Source: Nitrospirota bacterium
GTDB lineage: Bacteria > Nitrospirota > Thermodesulfovibrionia > JACRGW01 > JBFLZU01
Length of the DNA stretch: 50,127 nt
Assembly: GCA_040756155.1 (NCBI GenBank)
Contig: JBFLZU010000070.1
Span: forward strand, 1-50,127
Direction: 5' to 3'
Made by a program: the position numbers and the translations under genes. The notes beneath the pieces are model-generated. The model was given only the letters and a program-made list of their open reading frames with translations. It had not been told where the DNA came from and made no database searches. Below, one piece after another: positions 1 through 11,389 of this stretch. Position 1 is the stretch's first letter, and every line of letters starts with the position of its first letter.

Positions 1-2
1 AG

Positions 3-128
3 ACTATGCGGGGCGCAGAGCGTGCTATAACGACTATATCTATAGACGACAGGAAAGGTAAGCCAAACAGATTGAAGAAGAAAGTTGAATCCATTGAGCG
101 GAGACTGGGAAGAGAACTGTCAAAATAG
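3..128 (+). CDS. 3' end of an upstream gene that runs off the window (unknown product)
   Basis: Frame 3 is open from the window edge to TAG at 126-128 (ends ...KKKVESIERRLGRELSK). No recognisable domain. Confidence 0.3.
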   Translation, partial: TMRGAERAITTISIDDRKGKPNRLKKKVESIERRLGRELSK

Positions 129-162
129 TGTTGCGGTGCTGCGGTGATGCGGTGCTGCGGTC
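128..162. repeat. Tandem octamer array (family B): GTGTTGCG GTGCTGCG GTGATGCG GTGCTGCG, running into the fbp Shine-Dalgarno
   Basis: Four consecutive 8-nt units read directly at 128-159. The next unit, GTCAGGAG, contains the AGGAGG ribosome binding site of the downstream gene. Confidence 0.8.
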
Positions 163-172
163 AGGAGGAGTT

Positions 173-1270
173 ATGAAGATAACACTTAGTGTAATAAAGG
201 CAGATATAGGTGGTTATGTAGGGCATACAAGTGTCCATCCGAGGCTTCTCGAGCATGCAAATGAAAAGTTGTCATCAGCCAAAGAGAAGCACTTGTTGAT
301 AGACTATCATGTAACACGATGTGGCGATGACCTTGAACTTATCATGACCCATGAAAAGGGTATAGATAATCAGGATATCCATAAACTTGCATGGAATACA
401 TTCACATCGTGCACTGAAGTAGCAAAGGAATTGAAACTCTATGGTGCAGGGCAGGATATGCTTAAAGATGCATTCAGTGGGACTGTAAAGGGTATGGGTC
501 CTGGTGTGGCTGAGATTGAATTTGAAGAAAGAAAAAGTGAACCAGTCATAGTTTTTATGGCTGATAAGACCTCCCCAGGTGCATGGAATCTGCCACTCTT
601 TAAGATATTTGCAGACCCATTCAATACGGTAGGTCTTGTTATAGACCCGAGTATGCACGATGGCTTTATATTTGAGGTTCTCGATGTTAAAGCTGGAAAG
701 AAGATTACCCTTTCATGCCCTGAAGAAATGTATAACCTTCTTATCCTTCTTGGGGCTACAGACCGATACATGGTTAAGGCGATATATAGAAAAACAGATG
801 GTGAGATTGCTGCGGTCGCATCCACACAGAGGCTTGGACTTATAGCAGGAAAATATATAGGTAAGGATGACCCTGTGATGATTATAAGGACGCAGAGTGG
901 TTTTCCCGCTTTAGGTGAGGCGCTTGAGCCATTTGCATTTCCTCACCTTGTAGAAGGATGGATGAGGGGATCACATCATGGGCCCTTCATGCCCGTTGCA
1001 TTCTATGAGGCTAATCCCTCAAGGTTTGATGGTCCTCCACGGGTAATAGCAGCAGGTTTCCAGATAACAAATGGTAGACTGATAGGACCTCGCGATCTGT
1101 TTGATGATCCGAGTTTTGACGAGGCAAGACACACCGCTAATATTATATCTGACTATATGCGCAGACACGGACCATTTGAGCCTCATAGACTGAGTCTCGA
1201 TGAACTTGAATACACCACATTTCCCCAGGTGCTGAGTAAGATCGAAGGAAGGTTCAAGGACGACGCATAG
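173..1270 (+). CDS. fbp: Fructose-1,6-bisphosphate aldolase/phosphatase (class V, archaeal-type bifunctional FBPase)
   Basis: N-terminus MKITLSVIKADIGGYVGH is the hallmark start of this family, and the ~365 aa length fits. AGGAGG lies 5 nt upstream of ATG 173. The ORF-track start at 128 lies inside the octamer repeat and is unlikely. Confidence 0.85.
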   Translation: MKITLSVIKADIGGYVGHTSVHPRLLEHANEKLSSAKEKHLLIDYHVTRCGDDLELIMTHEKGIDNQDIHKLAWNTFTSCTEVAKELKLYGAGQDMLKDAFSGTVKGMGPGVAEIEFEERKSEPVIVFMADKTSPGAWNLPLFKIFADPFNTVGLVIDPSMHDGFIFEVLDVKAGKKITLSCPEEMYNLLILLGATDRYMVKAIYRKTDGEIAAVASTQRLGLIAGKYIGKDDPVMIIRTQSGFPALGEALEPFAFPHLVEGWMRGSHHGPFMPVAFYEANPSRFDGPPRVIAAGFQITNGRLIGPRDLFDDPSFDEARHTANIISDYMRRHGPFEPHRLSLDELEYTTFPQVLSKIEGRFKDDA

Positions 1271-1311
1271 GTTGATGACCAATAGAGTCAGTGGCCCATA
1301 TGGAGGGATCT

Positions 1312-5625
<4,314 letters not shown>

Positions 5626-5811
5626 AGTCCCTCCTTTTCAGTCTATACCCCTAAAACTTCTTATTGACCGCATATCACCGATAGATTAAAATTAGCCATG
5701 TGGTTAAATATTTTTATAAAGTAAAAATAAATGGATATAAGTGATAAGTAAATCAAACATCAATATATTTGAAAACTGGAAAAAGACTTACAGCATTTAT
5801 TAAGATAGGGA

Positions 5812-6870
5812 ATGCAAAATTCAAAAGAACAATTACGCTTAATGTTTGATAGTAAAAACAAAAAGATTAAACCTGATAAATATGGTTTAATAACCAGAAC
5901 ACTTACAAAAGAAAAACTTGAAGACTTATATTATGTTCAAAATAAATCCCTCCAAGATATCGCCAACGAATTTAACTGCACAAGACCAATGGTCATGTTG
6001 CTTATGAATAAATATGGCTTGCAGCGAAGGAAACGTTCTGAAGCAAGAGTATTAGCAATTAAAGAGAGGAAAATTGAGAAGTTTGAATACGATAATATTA
6101 ATGAGAATTTTTTCAGTGAGTGGACGCCGGGAATGGCATGGGTATTGGGAATACTTTTTACAGATGGAAATGTTCAATATACAACAAAAACAGGGACTGG
6201 ACTTAGGGTAAGTATTTCTTCTGTAGATTTAGAGCTATTAGAAAAAGTAAGAACTCTTCTTAATTCAACAAAACCAATAAAAAAGAATGTTCAGTCATAC
6301 GACAAATCAAAATACATTTACCGGTTTGAATTTTTTCGTGAAAAAATGAGAGAAGATTTACATAAGTTGGGACTTATTCAAAGAAAAAGTCTCATTATGA
6401 AGTTCCCCGATATTCCAGAAAAATATATGAGGCACTTTATAAGGGGATGTTGGGATGGTGATGGAACTGTTTATATTAGTGCCGGCAAATTGAATGCTAG
6501 TTATGTTTCAAGTTCTCGATATTTTATTGAAAGACTTGTGCAAGAATTCTATAAGATAGGAATCTACAGGCAGAGATTACATCAGTTAAGTTTTAATAAA
6601 ATTAAAAAAACGAGATCTAAATTTGGCTTTAGTAATTATCCTTTAGCAATTCACGCAGAAAAGCGTTCAAAGGCATACTATATAAAACTCAACTCAAGAG
6701 AAAATTTGGAGAAATTGTTCCACTATTTATATGATGGAGTTGATGAATCTATATATTTAGCTCGTAAATATAAAAAGTGTGTAGAAGGTTTAGGATTAGA
6801 AGTTAAAGATAGCAAAGAAGAAAATAGAACTTATAAAAGATATAAGCAGGTAGGGATGAATTCGTACTGA
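5812..6870 (+). CDS. Free-standing HTH + double-motif LAGLIDADG homing-endonuclease-like protein
   Basis: Two LAGLIDADG-type motifs (AWVLGILFTDGNV and FIRGCWDGDGTVY) about 100 aa apart. N-terminal helix-turn-helix-like segment SLQDIANEFNCTRPMVMLLMNKYGL. Lies in an AT-rich islet. Confidence 0.7.
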   Translation: MQNSKEQLRLMFDSKNKKIKPDKYGLITRTLTKEKLEDLYYVQNKSLQDIANEFNCTRPMVMLLMNKYGLQRRKRSEARVLAIKERKIEKFEYDNINENFFSEWTPGMAWVLGILFTDGNVQYTTKTGTGLRVSISSVDLELLEKVRTLLNSTKPIKKNVQSYDKSKYIYRFEFFREKMREDLHKLGLIQRKSLIMKFPDIPEKYMRHFIRGCWDGDGTVYISAGKLNASYVSSSRYFIERLVQEFYKIGIYRQRLHQLSFNKIKKTRSKFGFSNYPLAIHAEKRSKAYYIKLNSRENLEKLFHYLYDGVDESIYLARKYKKCVEGLGLEVKDSKEENRTYKRYKQVGMNSY

Positions 6871-7098
6871 AACTTGAAGTCAAGATATTTTTATGAGACT
6901 TTGGAACAGAATATACCTACTCTATTATAGACTGTAAATACAGAACAAGATTTTGCAAAAATTGCAGGGGGAGTTGTTTGGATGAGGTAAATTAGAAAAA
7001 ATAAATAGATGACTAATAGAGAAGGCAAAATTAAAATATTAAGGAAAAGATGTGTAAATGTTAATAACAAACTCCGGGCATTATAGGAAGGTAAGGTT

Positions 7099-7832
7099 AT
7101 GCTAAATTTGATTAGTATAATAATAGGAGTTATTGGATTATTTTTGGCTTATATCTTTTATAAATTCGGCAAGAAAGAGAAACGACTTGCTTATGCTTAT
7201 AGAAGTATCTCAATAGTCGGCCAACCTCAGACGCCACATAAGGATAAAATTAAAATATTATTTAAAGAACAAGAGGTTAAAAAGATAACTTCTACTATTA
7301 TTTCAATATGGAACGAAGGGAAAGATACAATAAGGAAATTTGATATAGCCGAAAAAGATCCGCTTTAATTATTTTAAATAGTAATATTCAGATTCTAAGA
7401 TCTTCAGTTAAAACTTTAACAAGAAAAGTCATAGATTTTAATGTTAACACTACGTACGATGAAAAAGGTATTATATTATCTTTTGAGTTCCTTGATTTTA
7501 AGGATGGAGCAACTATTGAGATTTTACATACGGGGGACGAAAGTATAAAACCACCCGTTAAAGGAACAATTCTTGGAATGCCTAAGGGGATTAGGATGGA
7601 GAGTACTGTTCTATTCAGCAAACCAAATTTTAAACTACTTTTTCTTACAATCATAGTTTTAATTATGTTTATTATTTTTGATTTGTTTATAGTTCCTAAA
7701 CCTTATAGTAGTCTTGATTTAATCATAGTGTTACTTTTAGGTATTTCCTTATCGATGATGCTTTTTCTTCAAATAATTGGTTTGAAGAAAACATATAGTC
7801 TGCCTACTAAATTAAAATTCTGGGAAGAATAA
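7099..7832 (+). pseudogene. Membrane protein gene split by a -1 frame change (7099-7368 in frame 1, continuing in frame 3 from 7344 to 7832)
   Basis: Frame 3 is open from 7344 with no Met until 7578, and reads on smoothly (...SALIILNSNIQILRSSVKTLTRKVIDFNV...). There is an N-terminal TM helix in part 1 and two TM helices in part 2. The two frames overlap at 7344-7368, around an A5 run at 7352-7356. Confidence 0.55.
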
Positions 7833-8024
7833 GATGATTGAATGATTTAACTTAGGTATTTAAATTGCTCAGGGGAAAAGGAAACAGGCACATTTTTAAT
7901 AATCCATTTTTAGTAATCCACCATGACTCATTCCGAGCATTCTGGATAAGGCGTTTAAGGAGATTTTTCTTTGGTAGACTAGAAAGAGTATAAATGGTAA
8001 AATAACTAAAAAGGAGGTATTTGG

Positions 8025-8222
8025 ATGTTAGAAGTGAATGTGCCAATATCAGTAGATGAGATTATAGAGGCCGTAAAAAAGATGAAGAAACACGACAGGG
8101 AAGCCTTTATAGAAGACCTAATTGCAATGACCTCTCCTGAATATCTGGAAAGCATTAAGGAGGCAAGGGCTGAGTATAAAGCTGGTAAGACGAAGTCACA
8201 TAAAGAGATCTTTGGTAGATGA
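8025..8222 (+). CDS. Putative type II antitoxin, partner of the RelE/ParE toxin
   Basis: 65-aa acidic/helical protein. AAAGGAGG lies 7 nt upstream. Its stop overlaps the toxin start (ATGA), the typical toxin-antitoxin arrangement. Confidence 0.6.
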   Translation: MLEVNVPISVDEIIEAVKKMKKHDREAFIEDLIAMTSPEYLESIKEARAEYKAGKTKSHKEIFGR

Positions 8223-8476
8223 GTTATAATCTTGTCTATACCCGCAGGGCAGAAAAGGATATAAAGAAACTTGATCCCTCCACAAAAAACCATATAGGAA
8301 AAGCCCTCCTGAAACTTCAAGAAGATCCAATTAGACAGTCTGAGAAACTCGCTGATCCTAAAATTGGAACATATCGCTTCAGGATTGGTGATTACAGAGT
8401 TATTTTTGATTTGGAAGATAAAGATATTGTTATTCTTAGAGTTGGACATCGGAAAGAGATTTACAGAAGGCTTTAA
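8219..8476 (+). CDS. RelE/ParE family type II toxin
   Basis: 85 aa. Has the pattern ...AEKDIKKL...YRFRIGDYRVIFDLEDKDIVILRVGHRKEIY typical of the RelE/ParE fold. Confidence 0.8.
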   Translation: MSYNLVYTRRAEKDIKKLDPSTKNHIGKALLKLQEDPIRQSEKLADPKIGTYRFRIGDYRVIFDLEDKDIVILRVGHRKEIYRRL

Positions 8477-8540
8477 AGCATATATAGTTTTAGTCAGGTC
8501 ATTAACCCATGCAGCATGAAAGCTGATTGATAATTGAAAC

Positions 8541-8735
8541 ATGGATAAAAAAGATATTTTAAGACTGGCTAATGATCCAAGATATATTTCCGGGATATAT
8601 AACTATTGTGACAGATGGTGTGAACGATGTCTTTTTATTTCCCGGTGCTTGAACTATGCGATAGAAAAAGAGGATTCAGTGTCATCAAAAGAGTGCCGGG
8701 TCTTTGCCTCTCGTTCGGAAATAGTAAATCTTTAG
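8541..8735 (+). pseudogene. N-terminal fragment of a conserved hypothetical protein (YNYCDRWCERCxFxSRC motif)
   Basis: Only 64 aa. The Cys-rich N-terminal motif is followed by out-of-character sequence and an early stop. Family recognised from memory only. Confidence 0.3.
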
Positions 8736-8834
8736 GGGAGAGGACATTTCTAAATTGGCTTGACAAGATAAAAAAATTTCCTTTGACATATGGTGTATAA
8801 TAGATTAAAAAATATAAGTCAAGGAAGTGTCGAT

Positions 8835-8996
8835 ATGAATACAAAGTTGACATTGAGCATGGACGAAAAATTAATAAAGAAAGAGGTTATTGAACCAACG
8901 GTTTTATCGGAAATATCAAGCATTCTACCACCAAAGGCTGACAATAAGAGATTGATAAAAGGTTATAAGAGATATATCGAGAGGAAATATATTTGA
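8835..8996 (+). CDS. Small DUF6364-like protein, possibly a shortened antitoxin-like remnant
   Basis: MNTKLTLSMDEKLIKK start and ...YKRYIERKYI end resemble DUF6364-type small proteins, but the middle is short. AAGGAAG lies 7 nt upstream of ATG 8835. Confidence 0.3.
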   Translation: MNTKLTLSMDEKLIKKEVIEPTVLSEISSILPPKADNKRLIKGYKRYIERKYI

Positions 8997-9007
8997 GAAC
9001 TGTTCTC

Positions 9008-10156
9008 TTAAGACCTTAATATCTCTCTGAATATCCCGATATATCTTAACAAACTTACTGTGCTGAGGTTTTTGCTCAGCCATAGATCCATGGATGCCTT
9101 CTGGACAGATGGTTTTTTATGGAGTTCAACAAGTTTTTCTGTATATTTGTCACCTCTGTAAAAATAATCCCTGAGTTTACCCATTAGCTTAAAGCGGCTT
9201 GCAAAGTTTCTATTCCAGTTTCTCTGGTATGAATGAAGCCTCCTTTCTGTGAGGTTTTCCTTGTAATCAATAATCGTTTTTGCAGCGATCTCTCCACTTT
9301 TCATTGCATAATAAATACCTTCTGAAGAGACAGGCATTACGAGCCCAGCAGCATCACCGACGAATAGTACCCTGCCTGCTACAAGGTTATCACGCCACAA
9401 TGCAGGTATAGGAAACGCCTCCTTTTTTATGATGATACCTCCATCAATCCTGTTACCAAGTCTTTCTTTAAATCGATTTAAGAACAATGGTAGTTTACTT
9501 GCTTCTACAATAGAGCTACCTGTTCCAACAGAGATGTGGTCTCCTTTCGGGAATACCCATGAATAGAGCTTAGGCGCATGATAATCACCATACCAGAATT
9601 CGCATCTTTCCTTATATGTCTCCAATGCAGATGGATTTACCTTTATCCTTTCTACCATAGTCATGTAAACAGGTGGTCTCTTCAATTCCATTATCTTCGC
9701 AACCGTTGAATTTACACCATCGGCTGCGATTACAACATCAACCGTATCTGTCTTTTCAATACCATCTTTAGTGTATCTTATGGTTATACTGTCTGCAGTC
9801 TGCCTTAAATCTGTTAATGTCCCCTTAATTATCTCAGCACCTTCATCTTCAGCCTGTTTTATCAGGGCAGAGTCAAATATCTCTCTTCTTACCATTGCTA
9901 AAAAGGCTCCTTCAAGTGATACATCTACCCTAACATTAGAGGAAGAGATGATAGATACGTTTGTAATCTTACGCTCTATAGTCTCTTTAGGTAGATTAAG
10001 TGCGTCAAAGGCAGGTGAGGGTATACCACCTCCACATGGTTTATCCCTCCCTGGATTCTTTTCTATGAGAATTACATCTATACCTTCTGAGGCTAATGTC
10101 CTTGCAGCTATAGAGCCTGCGGGTCCTCCACCTATAACAGCTACCCTGATTGTCAT
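9008..10156 (-). CDS. Geranylgeranyl reductase family FAD-dependent oxidoreductase
   Basis: VAVIGGGPAGSIAARTLA dinucleotide fold followed by DKPCGGGIP. 382 aa. Confidence 0.75.
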   Translation of the reverse strand: MTIRVAVIGGGPAGSIAARTLASEGIDVILIEKNPGRDKPCGGGIPSPAFDALNLPKETIERKITNVSIISSSNVRVDVSLEGAFLAMVRREIFDSALIKQAEDEGAEIIKGTLTDLRQTADSITIRYTKDGIEKTDTVDVVIAADGVNSTVAKIMELKRPPVYMTMVERIKVNPSALETYKERCEFWYGDYHAPKLYSWVFPKGDHISVGTGSSIVEASKLPLFLNRFKERLGNRIDGGIIIKKEAFPIPALWRDNLVAGRVLFVGDAAGLVMPVSSEGIYYAMKSGEIAAKTIIDYKENLTERRLHSYQRNWNRNFASRFKLMGKLRDYFYRGDKYTEKLVELHKKPSVQKASMDLWLSKNLSTVSLLRYIGIFREILRS

Positions 10157-10211
10157 GGTCTATTTTTATCAGGTATAGACCAAAAAGTCAAATTGTGTTA
10201 TATTTTTAAAC

Positions 10212-11000
10212 ATGGATACAGGGTTATATAGAAAGTTTATGATATTTGTTATGGTATTTTTCTGTTATTCGATAGGTTTTACTGGACTGTCATCAGCGGA
10301 GAGACTACTTGGCAGCAGGGATGATATCGCTTTGATACAGTTCAGGCTAAAAGACAGACCCATTGGTGAGCGCATAGCATTTTGGGCATCAAGATTTATC
10401 GGAAGCCCATACGATACAGACCCTCTCGGAGAGTATGTTCGCAGGGAAGTAATCATTGCAGATGATAGGGTAGATTGCATGTATATGACATTCAGGTCTG
10501 TTGAACTTGCATTGACCTCGACTCCTGATGAGGCAGTAAATGAAGCCCTTAAAAGGCGCTTCTTTGGTAAAGGCCTGCTAAGAGACGGCAGGGTTCTTAA
10601 CTATGATGACCGCTATCAGTATGGAGAGGATATGATAGATAGTGGTAAGTGGGGTATCGAAATTACAGAGAGGCTTGGAAAAACCACAGATATACAGGGA
10701 TCACGAGGAAGAGGAAAAGTGGCAATAATTAGTAAGAGCCATCTTCTTAAAGATGAAACACTCTCAAAGATTAAAAATGGTGATATTGTGTTCTTTATAA
10801 AATCACCTCTGAAAAGGATTGTTGATGAGATAGTTGGACATATAGGTATTATAGAGGTAAAAAAAGGCAGGATATACCTTATACATGCAAGTGGAACAAA
10901 AGGTGCAAACGCACCTCCTGGAATGGTTAAACGTATTTCCTTCATTGATTATATAAAGAAAATGGATTTTGTTGGTATAAAGGTTACAAGGTTTGAGTGA
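10212..11000 (+). CDS. Secreted DUF1460-like (amidase/NlpC-P60-like fold) protein
   Basis: Signal-like N-terminus. Contains GSPYDTDPLGEY...DCMYMTFRSVELAL...GDIVFF...GHIGII...LIHASG, which resembles DUF1460. Confidence 0.45.
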   Translation: MDTGLYRKFMIFVMVFFCYSIGFTGLSSAERLLGSRDDIALIQFRLKDRPIGERIAFWASRFIGSPYDTDPLGEYVRREVIIADDRVDCMYMTFRSVELALTSTPDEAVNEALKRRFFGKGLLRDGRVLNYDDRYQYGEDMIDSGKWGIEITERLGKTTDIQGSRGRGKVAIISKSHLLKDETLSKIKNGDIVFFIKSPLKRIVDEIVGHIGIIEVKKGRIYLIHASGTKGANAPPGMVKRISFIDYIKKMDFVGIKVTRFE

Positions 11001-11003
11001 AAT

Positions 11004-11210
11004 TCACTTCAGTTTCTTTATAATCTCAGGATACTGTTTCTTGAATTCAGGTGAGAGTCTTCCCAAAAATAATTTCAGTGCCTTTATCTCTATCTGTATC
11101 TCCTGAAGACTACGCTTCATATCCTTAATGTCTGGTTCGAGTCCATCACTCAAGAGACGTATTCCTCTTTCCATGATGTCCATTCTTTCTTTAAGATTTG
11201 TCTCTTTCAT
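11004..11210 (-). CDS. Small coiled-coil protein of unknown function
   Basis: 68 aa. AAGGA lies upstream, 8 nt after the stop of the bS22-like mini-gene, in the same operon direction as rng. Confidence 0.45.
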   Translation of the reverse strand: MKETNLKERMDIMERGIRLLSDGLEPDIKDMKRSLQEIQIEIKALKLFLGRLSPEFKKQYPEIIKKLK

Positions 11211-11218
11211 TTATTCCT

Positions 11219-11317
11219 TTACTTCCTCTGCCTTCTCTGTATCTTGGTTTTTTTGAGGAGTTTCTTATGCTTATGCTTGCTCATTTTCTTCTTTCTCTTC
11301 TTAACTACACTCCCCAC
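11219..11317 (-). CDS. bS22-like (AURKAIP1/COX24-domain) 32-aa basic ribosomal-type protein; absent from the ORF track
   Basis: The reverse strand reads GGAGGTGA, 7 nt, then GTG GGG AGT GTA GTT AAG AAG AGA AAG AAG AAA ATG AGC AAG CAT AAG CAT AAG AAA CTC CTC AAA AAA ACC AAG ATA CAG AGA AGG CAG AGG AAG TAA. This gives (M)GSVVKKRKKKMSKHKHKKLLKKTKIQRRQRK, close to mycobacterial bS22 ([21 protein letters not shown]..., recalled from memory). Confidence 0.7.
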   Translation of the reverse strand: MGSVVKKRKKKMSKHKHKKLLKKTKIQRRQRK

Positions 11318-11389
11318 GAATAAATCACCTCCCTCTTTATTTCCTTAAATGAATAACCTAAATGAAACCCAAAAAGCAAGCAGTTTTTC

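Noticed and set aside
128-172. N-terminal extensions offered by the ORF track (128 for fbp, 28116 for DUF503, 29840 for truB, 35595 for cobS, 36370 for cobC, 30923 for pnp)
   Set aside because: Each extension is encoded by repeat-element or upstream-gene sequence. Each lacks a ribosome binding site and precedes a canonical family N-terminus with its own start codon.
7388-7654. 88-aa minus-strand ORF opposite the frameshifted membrane protein gene
   Set aside because: It is antisense to a continuous plus-strand reading frame with coherent TM/beta-domain character, and has no ribosome binding site or recognisable motif.
8006-8542. 178-aa minus-strand ORF across the toxin-antitoxin locus
   Set aside because: It is antisense to a well-formed RelE/ParE pair with a ribosome binding site and an ATGA overlap, and its sequence is low-complexity and hydrophobic with no motif. 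It is a shadow ORF in AT-rich DNA.
8994-9006. GAGAAC-T-GTTCTC palindrome between the convergent 8835-8996 and 9008-10156 genes as a bidirectional terminator
   Set aside because: A one-nucleotide loop cannot form, the effective stem is only 4-5 bp, and there is no U-tract.
9771-10178. Long antisense ORFs inside well-supported genes (e.g. 9771-10178, 38112-38519, 43424-43933, 46035-46394, 47665-48117)
   Set aside because: All are opposite strongly motif-supported genes and have Ser/Pro/Ile-rich compositions typical of shadow frames.
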